From the IMG/VR virus record IMGVR_UViG_3300034685_000168, positions 32,001 through 96,000 of that record: 64,000 bases of DNA, one strand, 5' to 3'. The stretch comes from a virus. Numbering within the stretch: position 1 is the stretch's first letter; every line of letters begins with the position of its first letter. This document shows, piece by piece, positions 9,236-19,354 of this stretch. The notes under the pieces were generated by a model. It was not told the DNA's origin and searched no databases. It worked only from the letters and a program-made list of their open reading frames with translations. Both the position numbers and the translations under genes were made by a program.

Positions 9236-9823
9236 TTATTTTTCATTAACAGTATATTTCTTATATAATACAAAATCATATCTACCTTTATGCCAATCCC
9301 AGTTTAAAATAATTCTTTTAAAAAATTCAGGCATTATATGTAGATCTAATGAACTTATTTCATTATTACTTATTACATAACATTTTTCATCAGATATTAT
9401 ATCTACATTTTTACTTACTGTTCTTCTGAGATATAATAACTTTTTTTCTATAAAGAAAATTGCATTATGACCTCTTTTTAAATCATTAGAAAATAAATAA
9501 CAATCTATAATTGTTCCTTTAGTTTTACTATTTTTTAAATATTTTTTTAATATTAATTTATTTATACTAACTAGATCTTCACAATCACCTTGTTTATTAC
9601 GTAATATAGTCGTAATAGGCCAAGCTTGCCAATCTATATAATCTCGTTTATATTTAAAAGTATTAATTAATGATAAATCTTCTATAGTATTAACTTTTTT
9701 ATAAAATTCTATCACATTTTTTATTCTATAACAATATCTTAGAATATATAATAGATTAAAAAAAATACTATAAAACTTTTTAAAATAAAAGCTATAAAAA
9801 TAAAGTAATTTGTATTTTAACAT
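9236..9823 (-). CDS. Transglutaminase-like cysteine peptidase domain protein
   Basis: WQAWPxxTxxxxxGDCED followed by GH (Cys-His motifs). Confidence 0.65.
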   Translation of the reverse strand: MLKYKLLYFYSFYFKKFYSIFFNLLYILRYCYRIKNVIEFYKKVNTIEDLSLINTFKYKRDYIDWQAWPITTILRNKQGDCEDLVSINKLILKKYLKNSKTKGTIIDCYLFSNDLKRGHNAIFFIEKKLLYLRRTVSKNVDIISDEKCYVISNNEISSLDLHIMPEFFKRIILNWDWHKGRYDFVLYKKYTVNEK

Positions 9824-9910
9824 TTTCTTATTTTTCTCCTACATTTTAAATTATTAATATTTTATATATAATAAACAATTAACTTATAAAATAAAAAGGA
9901 TATTTAAAAT

Positions 9911-10738
9911 ATGTCTGGTATATATAATCCAATAGAATTATTTTTTAGAGAATTACAATTTATAGATATCCCATCTGATATACTACAAATAACATTTAAT
10001 CCTGATAGAAACCCTTCTGTTAGTATTCATAATTTAATTTATCAAAAAATAATAATTAATAAAGTACTACATGATTTAAACTTAGCAGGTGGAAGAACTA
10101 AAAATATTATATTAAGACGAGAATGGAGAATCCAATCGGTTCTTAATAGAAATGATAGACAATATAATAATAGTTCTTTTGTATTATATGAAATACCTAA
10201 TGAATATTTAGAAAATGGAATTATAACTAATGTAATAGCTATTAATATTCCTTCTTTATATAATACATTAGGTGGAGAATATATTAATAGATCTTATAAT
10301 ACTATGAACACTTATGGAAGTGCCACATCTGCTGTATTAGATAGTAATTTAAATAGAGGTGGTGGGTTTAGACCTAAAGGTATTCCAGAAGCTCCCAATA
10401 TAATTAGAATAGAACCTGGATTTAGAAGCCATATGGATTTAGAGGTAGTATTAAAAATATCTATAGATCCTAATTTAAACACATTACCTGAAAATTTAAT
10501 TAGACCTTTTATTGAATTATCTACATTAGCATTACAAGCATATATTTATAATGAACTTATAGTTAAAATAGAAAGAGGATATATAGAAGGTGGTTATGAA
10601 ATAGGTGTTATAAAAGAATTAGTGGAAAGATATAGTGATAAGTACATTGAATATAAAGAAAAATTAAGTACTCTTCCAGGCAAATCAGCCTATTCAGATC
10701 CCAGATCTAGACAGAGGATGTACTACTATATGATATAG
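9911..10738 (+). CDS. Putative virion structural protein, phiKZ-like conserved family
   Basis: C-terminal AYIYNELIVKIERGYIEGGYEIG resembles a recalled phiKZ virion family. Confidence 0.5.
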   Translation: MSGIYNPIELFFRELQFIDIPSDILQITFNPDRNPSVSIHNLIYQKIIINKVLHDLNLAGGRTKNIILRREWRIQSVLNRNDRQYNNSSFVLYEIPNEYLENGIITNVIAINIPSLYNTLGGEYINRSYNTMNTYGSATSAVLDSNLNRGGGFRPKGIPEAPNIIRIEPGFRSHMDLEVVLKISIDPNLNTLPENLIRPFIELSTLALQAYIYNELIVKIERGYIEGGYEIGVIKELVERYSDKYIEYKEKLSTLPGKSAYSDPRSRQRMYYYMI

Positions 10739-10748
10739 CTTAAATAGA

Positions 10749-10782
10749 CTTATATAGAAGGACAAAAGTCCTTCTATATAAG
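10749..10782. terminator. Bidirectional hairpin terminator
   Basis: CTTATATAGAAGGAC-AAAA-GTCCTTCTATATAAG. Confidence 0.8.
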
Positions 10783-10784
10783 CA

Positions 10785-12032
10785 TTATTTAGTGATAAAA
10801 TTAAAACTTCTAAATAATAGATAAATTATTAATGCTAATCGTAAAGCTACAATTGATTGTGGTCTAATTGTAATTTTAGTATTAATAACAAAATGATCAA
10901 AAGATCTCTTAACCTTTAATATTTCTGGATCTTTAATTTGTGATGAAGAATAAGTATTAAAAGCTTTTTCTAAAATACGAAGTGGTTTAGAAATATCAAC
11001 TTTATCTACAATACAAATATTATAAATTTGTTTTAACATTGTAGAAGTTAATGTTTTTAAATGTATTATAAAATCTTCACCTTGTATTGTTTTTTCATAA
11101 TTATATTTATCCATATTAACTTGTTGTACAGCTAAATCAGAAAAATAATTTAATATTCTTAATACATTTTCTTCTCTAACTTTTTTAACAAATAATGTTG
11201 TTTTTTTAATATCATCATGATTTATAAATGTTGTTGTATTAGTAATTTGATTAGTTACATTTAGAACTAAGTTTTCTAATCCTTTAACATCTTTTAATAT
11301 TTTTTTACCTTCTATTTCTCCTATTAATGTATAACTATCTATAGCTTTATTTTCTTGATTGTATTTATAAAATAAATTAGCTATAACTTTTATTCTTGAA
11401 TTTAAATTAGCATAACTATTAGCTATTACATATTGAACTAAATAATCAGAAGAAAAAAATAAAATAGATGTATGGTGTTTGTTATTTTTATCATAAACTA
11501 ATCTTGTAACTAAATCTTCTATTACAGCTTTCCATGATTGTAGTTTAACTAATATAAAACTATTATCTAATTGACTAATTGTATATTCCATTACTGATTC
11601 CATTGGTGGAAATTCAAAATATTTTCTTATAAGCCCAGAAAATAATTTATAATGTAACATCTTAATAACATTAAAACACCCAGATAATATATCTTTCTTA
11701 GGTAAATTAGAATTCAATATTAAATGTGATAACCATAAACAAAATAAATTATAAGGATCAGTAATTGTATTATTGGATAAATCTATTCCATCAACTTGTT
11801 TAATTGCATTATAAAAAGATTTAATATCCGTATCAAATATTTCAAATAAATAATCTTTATCTTTATCAGTAAAACTAATAGTTTTTACTGCTAATAACAT
11901 ACCATTAAGAGCTTCTGGGTGATTTCTATAAACTTCCCAAGCTCTTGTATATTTTTCTATAGCTATTATATGGCTTTTTGTTATTTCAAAATTAAAAGAT
12001 TTTTTAAAACTATTTTTTAATGAAGTTTCCAT
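10785..12032 (-). CDS. Conserved phiKZ-like hypothetical protein
   Basis: Start revised to METS after AAGGA; HYKLFSGL...SWKAVIE segment recalled from jumbo-phage homologues. Confidence 0.5.
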   Translation of the reverse strand: METSLKNSFKKSFNFEITKSHIIAIEKYTRAWEVYRNHPEALNGMLLAVKTISFTDKDKDYLFEIFDTDIKSFYNAIKQVDGIDLSNNTITDPYNLFCLWLSHLILNSNLPKKDILSGCFNVIKMLHYKLFSGLIRKYFEFPPMESVMEYTISQLDNSFILVKLQSWKAVIEDLVTRLVYDKNNKHHTSILFFSSDYLVQYVIANSYANLNSRIKVIANLFYKYNQENKAIDSYTLIGEIEGKKILKDVKGLENLVLNVTNQITNTTTFINHDDIKKTTLFVKKVREENVLRILNYFSDLAVQQVNMDKYNYEKTIQGEDFIIHLKTLTSTMLKQIYNICIVDKVDISKPLRILEKAFNTYSSSQIKDPEILKVKRSFDHFVINTKITIRPQSIVALRLALIIYLLFRSFNFITK

Positions 12033-12046
12033 AATAATCCTTATTT

Positions 12047-12775
12047 TTAATATATACAAAATAATGAAGTAGCAATTATTGTTTTATTTCTCGTAGAATA
12101 CACTGTTCTCTTTACATAAGGAAATATTAAATCTATTCTTGTATGAAAATATTCAGCTATTTCTTTAGTTACTAAATAATAATTATTACCTTCATTTATT
12201 TTTAAATTACCTGAGAAGAAATTATTTACTTTTTTAACATTTATTAAATTATTTAATTTTATTATTTCTTTAAATTCATAATTTATTTTAACAACTTCAT
12301 CTATATGTTCTTTTAAAAATAATATATATTTATTTTCATCATATAAATATACATCAGCAGTTATTTTATTAAATATATTAATATAAGTTTCTTCTATATT
12401 TTCTTCAGTATAATCTAATTCATAAATCATACCTTCTTGAGTTAATAATACATCTAGACCATCTTTATAAGTTTTTTGGAATAAAAATACTATATCTTTA
12501 CGCAATTCATATATATTGGTTAATACTGATAAATTATAATTTTCAGGTGTTAAGATATATAAATTATTAATATCTTCTTTTTCAGGTAAAGTTTGATTAG
12601 ATGGTAATAATTTTATTGTATTTTTACCATTATTAATTGTAATAGCTTTATCTGTACAATTAATTATATTACGTATATCTTTTTTAATTACATTATTCTT
12701 TACAATATGTTGTATATATCCACAATTTTTAATTAAACATCTCATAAATATATAATCCTTTAAAAATACTAACAT
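12047..12775 (-). CDS. Hypothetical protein with an apparent internal two-domain repeat
   Basis: NNLYILT...RKDIVF and NNYYLVT...RIDLIF. Confidence 0.6.
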   Translation of the reverse strand: MLVFLKDYIFMRCLIKNCGYIQHIVKNNVIKKDIRNIINCTDKAITINNGKNTIKLLPSNQTLPEKEDINNLYILTPENYNLSVLTNIYELRKDIVFLFQKTYKDGLDVLLTQEGMIYELDYTEENIEETYINIFNKITADVYLYDENKYILFLKEHIDEVVKINYEFKEIIKLNNLINVKKVNNFFSGNLKINEGNNYYLVTKEIAEYFHTRIDLIFPYVKRTVYSTRNKTIIATSLFCIY

Positions 12776-12797
12776 TACAGTTATATAATTATAGATA

Positions 12798-12833
12798 ATA
12801 GATAGGTATAGGAATATTCCTATACCTATCTAT
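12798..12833. terminator. Perfect 36-bp palindrome, probable terminator
   Basis: ATAGATAGGTATAGGAAT|ATTCCTATACCTATCTAT downstream of terminase. Confidence 0.75.
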
Positions 12834-12842
12834 AATATGTTT

Positions 12843-14960
12843 TTATTTATTAAGTAATCTTCTTAATGTATTAGATAAATTTAATCTTTTATCTTTTTTA
12901 TTTTCTATGGTTTCAGTATCTAAACTAGATTGAGATTGGATAGCTTGTTTGATTTCATGATTAATAGAACTTTCGACTAACAACAATTCTCTTTTATAAA
13001 TCTCTTTTAAACTATTAGAAGAAGTAATTTCTATTAATTCTTTTAATCCATCTCTACGTTTACGTAATTCCATTTGATTTTCTATTTCAGTTTTACTATA
13101 AGTATTATTAGGGTCTATATGTTTAATCATAAACTTATTTGCATCTATGTTATATATATAAGTATTTTTAGCATATTTAATAAACCATTGACCTATCATC
13201 CATGCCATTAATAAGTCATCGTGTTTACCATCTGGGTGATCTATTCTACCATTTTTATTTTTAATACTTTGTATTTCAAGTATTAATCTTTCATCATATA
13301 ATTTAGTTTTACATTCAGGTATTACGTCTTTATAAATAGAAGAATATAAAATATGTCTTGAAGCAGTAGTTGTTCTAAATCCAAAACACTTTTTATCAGG
13401 ACCAACTATACTTCCAACATGATAGAAATCTCTTTTTTCCGGATGTATTGCGGTATCTACTTTTGTATTAAATATTCTTAAATACGGATTTATATTTGCA
13501 TTTTCACAAAATGCTAAAACGTTATCTAATATAGATGCACCTACATGATTACGTTCAGGTATATAAAGTAATTTATCATAATTAACTATAAAATCAAATG
13601 CTAATTCACTTATATGGAATAAATTACTTATATTACATTTACAACTTGCAACTAATGATAAATCTTCTGGATCTAATACAACAAATGTTGTAAAGTCTTC
13701 CCCAATATCTTCAGAACTATCATTAGCTAATATTAAACTTTTATTTTTTCTAAATTCATTAGATTCTATTTCACTTTTCTCTCTAAACCAATAAATTAAT
13801 ATATTATTAAAATTTTGTACATAACAAGCATCTTTTTTATAATTACTTAATTCAGATAATAAAATTGGATTTAATATACTTGATGACCCTGAACCAACTG
13901 ACCATTTCCCTAAGAAATCTCGTTCTACTTCTTCTCTTGTTAAGTTACCATTACGAATACGTTCTTCTAACCATGCTTTATCTTTACCTAATTGTAAATA
14001 TGATTTAGTTATATAAACCATATTATTTTTAGAATTCTTAGTTACCAATGCAATTAATTCGTCATGATCTTTACAATCATAGATACCTTCATACCAAGGC
14101 ATACATTTTTTAACAATAGAATATGCAAAATCTCCAGAAGCAGTTGTTAAATCACCAGCGGTTGTAAATATCATATTAGCTGTAGGCATATCATTTTTTT
14201 TAGCTTGTTCTGATGCAGCTGACATGGCACTTATAGCTGCTTTATACATAACTTCATTATTATTAATATATGGAAATTCATCCCATGCTAATAGTGGAAC
14301 AGACATACCTCTAACTTTTCTATCAGCAGCTCGTCTATCACTTTGACCAACGAATGTTAAAACTTTATTAAATAATTTATGATAATATAAACCTTCTTTA
14401 TTATCTGTGTCTTTTATACTAGTATTAATTAACCATTGTGGTAAATCATCTCTCATAGATTTTAATCTACTAATGTTTTCTTGTCTAAGATCATTGGTAC
14501 TCATTATTAATCCAATAGTATATCTAAATCCTAATAAATACATCATTAAAATAACAATGGATAATAATGTAATAGTTTTACCTATCTGTCGTGCTATGAC
14601 TAAAAATAAATTTATATCATTAAAAAATAACCACAATACTGCTAAGTTAGCTTGATTAAATTCAAACATTACTGAATCACCAGATGATTGTGGTACTCTT
14701 AATATTTCTCTAAAAAAATATATAGGATTTATTTTTATTTCAACTGCTATTTTTAACATAGTAGAATAAGATAAATTAGGATCTAAAGGATCTATATATC
14801 TAAGATCTTCTTGACATAAAGTTAAAAACCAATAATAATTTTCTATACCTTTTTCTTTTAGTTTTTTAGCTTCTTTTATAGCTGATAAATTTTTAGTTTC
14901 CCAATGGATACCAATATTATTATTTTGTATCCCGTTTATGTATAATAAATTTTTTTCCAT
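12843..14960 (-). CDS. terL: Terminase large subunit
   Basis: Walker A ARQIGKT, Walker B WDEF, coupling motif TTAG, nuclease DSS/ERN/HDDLLMA. Confidence 0.92.
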   Translation of the reverse strand: MEKNLLYINGIQNNNIGIHWETKNLSAIKEAKKLKEKGIENYYWFLTLCQEDLRYIDPLDPNLSYSTMLKIAVEIKINPIYFFREILRVPQSSGDSVMFEFNQANLAVLWLFFNDINLFLVIARQIGKTITLLSIVILMMYLLGFRYTIGLIMSTNDLRQENISRLKSMRDDLPQWLINTSIKDTDNKEGLYYHKLFNKVLTFVGQSDRRAADRKVRGMSVPLLAWDEFPYINNNEVMYKAAISAMSAASEQAKKNDMPTANMIFTTAGDLTTASGDFAYSIVKKCMPWYEGIYDCKDHDELIALVTKNSKNNMVYITKSYLQLGKDKAWLEERIRNGNLTREEVERDFLGKWSVGSGSSSILNPILLSELSNYKKDACYVQNFNNILIYWFREKSEIESNEFRKNKSLILANDSSEDIGEDFTTFVVLDPEDLSLVASCKCNISNLFHISELAFDFIVNYDKLLYIPERNHVGASILDNVLAFCENANINPYLRIFNTKVDTAIHPEKRDFYHVGSIVGPDKKCFGFRTTTASRHILYSSIYKDVIPECKTKLYDERLILEIQSIKNKNGRIDHPDGKHDDLLMAWMIGQWFIKYAKNTYIYNIDANKFMIKHIDPNNTYSKTEIENQMELRKRRDGLKELIEITSSNSLKEIYKRELLLVESSINHEIKQAIQSQSSLDTETIENKKDKRLNLSNTLRRLLNK

Positions 14961-14977
14961 ATCAAATCCTTACAAAA

Positions 14978-15007
14978 GTTATAGGTTGGAAATACCAACC
15001 TATAACT
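14978..15007. terminator. Hairpin between clpP paralog and terL
   Basis: GTTATAGGTTGG-AAATA-CCAACCTATAAC. Confidence 0.65.
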
Positions 15008-15014
15008 ACATATT

Positions 15015-15635
15015 TTATTTATTAGCTATTAATTTATTAATTCTATTTTGTAAATCATTACCATAAAATAATTTAAAATAATCATGTTGTTGATTAATAA
15101 TTTCCATATCTTCATTATTTAAAAAACCTCTTTTATAAAGAGTATTATATAAATCATTAATTATATATTGTTCTATATTAAGTAAATTAATTGTTTTATT
15201 ATATGATCCATAAGAAAAAACATTAACTGGTTTTGCTTCTATAGATGAAATAGGATTCAAAATAATTTCATCCGCTATTTTAATAAAAAATAAAGAATAA
15301 GTATTAGTTCTTCTAATATCAACTTTAATTTTACATGGAAGATTTTCTAATAAATTAACTAGACCATTAATACAAAATATCTCTGAATTAATTATATCTA
15401 AATGAAAATAAATAGTATCTTCATTGGTTAATTGTAATGCAATGTTAATAAGTTCATATACAAACTTATTATGGTAATGAAAATCTACTAAATATACATC
15501 TACTATTTTATTACCATTTTCATCTAATCTAATATTAGATAAACTAGCTTCTTTTTTATTTTCATCATTAGCTGGTTGAGGTGGTTCGATTTTGTCATTT
15601 TTCATATTCATAAGATAAATATCAAGATCTTCCAT
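15015..15635 (-). CDS. Degenerate, probably inactive ClpP-fold paralog (ClpR-like)
   Basis: Collinear with the upstream ClpP (LTNEDTIYFHL vs LTENDEVFFLI; EIILNP vs RIILPG; RGFLNNEDM vs DGILTPEEV) but lacks ASMG and the catalytic His. Confidence 0.6.
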   Translation of the reverse strand: MEDLDIYLMNMKNDKIEPPQPANDENKKEASLSNIRLDENGNKIVDVYLVDFHYHNKFVYELINIALQLTNEDTIYFHLDIINSEIFCINGLVNLLENLPCKIKVDIRRTNTYSLFFIKIADEIILNPISSIEAKPVNVFSYGSYNKTINLLNIEQYIINDLYNTLYKRGFLNNEDMEIINQQHDYFKLFYGNDLQNRINKLIANK

Positions 15636-16408
15636 TATTCATCTCCTTCATTTTCAGTATTTCCACCCATTCTTCTAGAAAACTCTTCATAAGTTATAAA
15701 TATATCTTTTTTATTTTTAACAATATCTACAACTTCTTCTGGAGTTAAGATACCATCTTGTTGAGCTTTATTCATAAAAACTTCTGTCATATAATCTTGT
15801 AAACTAGATTCTGATTCAATATTTACAGTCGTATTACCTGCAACCCCACCAGAACTCATATGAAACATTATAACAGTACCAGGGAGTATTATTCTATTAT
15901 GACCAAATAACCATATTCCAGAACCCATAGATGCAATTATACCAAATCCAACTGTGGTTATTTCTGCTTTACACCTAGTTATTGCTGAAATCAAACTACT
16001 ACCACCATTAACATAACCACCGGTACTATTAATAAGGAAAAATACTTCATCATTTTCTGTTAATCTATCTAATACCATTTCAATACATCTATAAAAATAA
16101 AATAATTCTATACCACCAACAATTACTATAAATACTGTTAAATTACCCGATTCATTAGGTAATATTTTAACAGTAAAAGAAGGAAATTGAACATCATCTG
16201 GCCAAGCATCTATTGTATTTTTATCTAAAAAATCTTTTAATGGTATTTCTTGATCTAATAATTTATTGTTAATAAAATTATTTTGAATTATTTCATTGAA
16301 ATCAATATTAGATTTATTATTTATATTACCAAAAGATGGAGAAAAATTATTATTAATTGGATTAATACTATTAATATCTGTTTTATTTTTATTTATAACA
16401 AATGACAT
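15635..16408 (-). CDS. clpP: ClpP-family (S14) serine protease with Asn-rich N-terminal extension
   Basis: INSTGG, IASMG (Ser), IMFH (His), KDIFI (Asp); start revised to MSFV after AAGGAG. Confidence 0.88.
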   Translation of the reverse strand: MSFVINKNKTDINSINPINNNFSPSFGNINNKSNIDFNEIIQNNFINNKLLDQEIPLKDFLDKNTIDAWPDDVQFPSFTVKILPNESGNLTVFIVIVGGIELFYFYRCIEMVLDRLTENDEVFFLINSTGGYVNGGSSLISAITRCKAEITTVGFGIIASMGSGIWLFGHNRIILPGTVIMFHMSSGGVAGNTTVNIESESSLQDYMTEVFMNKAQQDGILTPEEVVDIVKNKKDIFITYEEFSRRMGGNTENEGDE

Positions 16409-16409
16409 T

Positions 16410-17288
16410 TTAATTATTTTCTCCTTTATATAGAATATCAAACAATGATAATCTTTTGCCTTTGGAAGATACTATTTGTTTTTTTCTTTTATCTATAAAA
16501 GATATTGCATCACTATAACTAAAAGACTCATCTAATAATATTTTTTTAATATCATCTATTATATTAGAATGCATTCTAATATTTCTATTATTATCATAAA
16601 TCATTTCAGCTAATGTGAGTGTTATATCATATTCTTCTTTTAAAGGATCAACTTCAGGAAACATATTGTTCATAATAGTTGTAGCATCATTTTCTATCAT
16701 TTGAAATCTTTTAGATGCTACTTCAAATCCAGGTATATCACAATGGTCTATTGTTTTTGCCGCTCTCACAGGAAGATATCCTGTTTTAGGATCTTGTTTT
16801 CCAACAAATGTTCTGATACTAAAAGCCGTGTTCATATAAGGATCTTCTAATGATTGTCTTAAATAATCACCATATGGACCAAATGGTTTAAAATTTAAAT
16901 ATAAAGTTTTTTTATTATTAATTTCTTTTCCTGGATTTATTTCTCTAATATAATGTGATACTAATGTTGAGTCTATAAAGAAACATCTTTCTACCCATTC
17001 ATTCATTGGTCTATTGTTTCTTTTTGGATGTCTATATTCTCCATAACAACCACCTTCTAATATAGATTTAGCCAACATTCCAACACTTGGGTCTAATAAA
17101 TGTTGAGATAAAGTGATTGGGTCATATAACCCTTCTCCTTGTCCTCTAAATTTAGTATCAAGTTGGATAAATGGAACATTATAGTATCCTTCTTGAGAAG
17201 GTTTAGCTTGTTTTAAAACATACCCATTAAGTTCTTTTGCTACTTTAATTGACTTGTAAAATAATTTATTTAATCTTGTATCACTCAT
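16410..17288 (-). CDS. Prohead (head maturation) protease, phiKZ gp175/S80-like
   Basis: GEYRHP, VSHYIR, PFGPYG and AFSIR motifs. Confidence 0.85.
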   Translation of the reverse strand: MSDTRLNKLFYKSIKVAKELNGYVLKQAKPSQEGYYNVPFIQLDTKFRGQGEGLYDPITLSQHLLDPSVGMLAKSILEGGCYGEYRHPKRNNRPMNEWVERCFFIDSTLVSHYIREINPGKEINNKKTLYLNFKPFGPYGDYLRQSLEDPYMNTAFSIRTFVGKQDPKTGYLPVRAAKTIDHCDIPGFEVASKRFQMIENDATTIMNNMFPEVDPLKEEYDITLTLAEMIYDNNRNIRMHSNIIDDIKKILLDESFSYSDAISFIDKRKKQIVSSKGKRLSLFDILYKGENN

Positions 17289-17313
17289 AATTATTTTATC
17301 CTTTTTTATTTAT

Positions 17314-17991
17314 TTAATCTCGTAATAAACTTTCTAGCTCAGAAGTATTACTTGTTGGATTAGCTAATGAAGCATCTTCACCTAAACTTGCATAGTTACC
17401 ACCTATTCTACTAAGTGATGTCATAGCGGCATGGTAAGGTCTTCCAACAGGTACAAATACTGGTTCTGATTTTTGTTCAGTGTCCTTATATAATAACATT
17501 GGATTATCTTTATCTCTGTAACAATACATTAACATCATTTCAAAAGATAACCTATCGGAGTTAAAATTAATATTAAGTAATTCTTCTGTATTTTCGAATA
17601 ATTTAATAGCATTATTAAATGATAACCACTTAGGAACATTCCCTACTTTAATAAATTCATTAAATAAATTACCAACATTAGATGACTTAGGGATATATTC
17701 TTCGGATACTAAAAATACATCATTTTTTTTATATATTAAATATACCATATTATTACCATCTATATTTTTAGTTATTATATCTGATGGTATTGTTTCTATA
17801 GTAGCTTGGAAATTATAACCAACTTTAATAGAATCATTAATAGTCATTGTAAAAATACCTATACATTTTACAACTTCTTCTAATTCTAACCAACCTATAT
17901 TTTCAAATCTTTCGGGTATTTCTATTTCTAGTTTATCACCTATAAATAAAACACTACCATCTTTTTGTCTTTTAAAATAATCTTTATACAT
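17314..17991 (-). CDS. Conserved phiKZ-like protein adjacent to the prohead protease
   Basis: C-terminal SRIGGNY...LANP...ESLLR recalled from jumbo-phage homologues. Confidence 0.5.
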   Translation of the reverse strand: MYKDYFKRQKDGSVLFIGDKLEIEIPERFENIGWLELEEVVKCIGIFTMTINDSIKVGYNFQATIETIPSDIITKNIDGNNMVYLIYKKNDVFLVSEEYIPKSSNVGNLFNEFIKVGNVPKWLSFNNAIKLFENTEELLNINFNSDRLSFEMMLMYCYRDKDNPMLLYKDTEQKSEPVFVPVGRPYHAAMTSLSRIGGNYASLGEDASLANPTSNTSELESLLRD

Positions 17992-19273
17992 AATTTAATC
18001 CTTTTATTTTTATTAGATTAAAAGAACCTTCATTAAGATTTATACCTATTTCTTCTGGTTCATTACAATAACTAGTATATAATCTTTCATTATTGACTCT
18101 ATCTACGAGGTATTGATCTTTATGTGGTTTTATAAAATAAAAATAATCTTTTAATTGTCCTTTATGTCTAACATAATTTACCATATCTAAATTACTATTG
18201 CGTTGTAACAATGATTGATTAGTAAAAATTTTAGATTGGAATAAATTCTTTAATCCTATTCTTGGAATATTATTAATTTCTACAAATACTTTACTATCTA
18301 CCAAAATAACAAAAGAGTCAAAACTATATTCTTCATTCCAAAATTTAGTAATCATATCTTTTACTGAATAAGGAATAACGGCATTTAATTTAGCTGGTCT
18401 AAATTTATTTTTTCCATAATCAGATATCATCATAGCTTCTATAGGAATATCATTTAAATTTAACTCAATATTGCTTGTATTATAATGATATTTATTAGGT
18501 AATATTAATCTACCATTAATTACTAATAAAGGAGTTTTATTAACTAATTCATTTTCATTGAACTTTATTTTTAATTTACCATTAAATCCATTATCTAAAT
18601 CAATAGAACTATAATCTATATTTAATTCATTAAATTGTTTAATAGTAAAATTATTAAAATTACTAAAGTCTAATAAAAAAGTTCCACCATTATCTTCTTG
18701 TAACTCTTTAGTTGCATTTAAAATATAATATTCATTATTAATAATTTTAAAAGGTAAAAACTTTCCATTAATATTAAAAATACAATTGTTTAAATTAATA
18801 ATATCTGAATAAAATAATTCAGGTATTTTAACTCTTAAATCTTTAGGTTTTTTGATTAAATATTCTCGTTTAACTAAGTGTGGTTTTTTATAATTAGCTT
18901 CTTGTATAATAATATCTTTTATATATTCTATTGGTATTATTTTTAATAAACTATTATAGTTATCTTTATTAACTTCTATATATTTATTAATTCTATTACC
19001 ATCTTTAAAATAAATTATTTCTCCTCTAGGAATGTTAGATTTATAATTATTTAGATCAGTAATTGTTATCTTAGATAAAAAGTCTTCCCATGTAAAAGCT
19101 CTTATTTTTTTAGCATTAATTAATTTATTATAATTTATATTAATATTATTTATTGTTAATATAATAGTTTTATTATTAGATAAAGAATTAAGTATTTCTT
19201 GATAAGTAAAAAAACTATATTCATAAGTTTTTATTATATGGTTTTCTAAAAAAGTAATATATGTTAGTTCCAT
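17984..19273 (-). CDS. Putative virion structural protein
   Basis: 429 aa, beta-rich (FNING, LVING), inside the morphogenesis cluster. Confidence 0.5.
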   Translation of the reverse strand: MELTYITFLENHIIKTYEYSFFTYQEILNSLSNNKTIILTINNININYNKLINAKKIRAFTWEDFLSKITITDLNNYKSNIPRGEIIYFKDGNRINKYIEVNKDNYNSLLKIIPIEYIKDIIIQEANYKKPHLVKREYLIKKPKDLRVKIPELFYSDIINLNNCIFNINGKFLPFKIINNEYYILNATKELQEDNGGTFLLDFSNFNNFTIKQFNELNIDYSSIDLDNGFNGKLKIKFNENELVNKTPLLVINGRLILPNKYHYNTSNIELNLNDIPIEAMMISDYGKNKFRPAKLNAVIPYSVKDMITKFWNEEYSFDSFVILVDSKVFVEINNIPRIGLKNLFQSKIFTNQSLLQRNSNLDMVNYVRHKGQLKDYFYFIKPHKDQYLVDRVNNERLYTSYCNEPEEIGINLNEGSFNLIKIKGLNYV

Positions 19274-19318
19274 AATTAAGTAATCTCCATATTAATTAAA
19301 TTTAATTATATATAATGT

Positions 19319-19349
19319 CTATAGGTAGGAAGATATCTTCCTACCTATA
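19319..19349. terminator. Palindromic hairpin
   Basis: TATAGGTAGGAAGAT|ATCTTCCTACCTATA. Confidence 0.7.
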
Positions 19350-19354
19350 ACATA

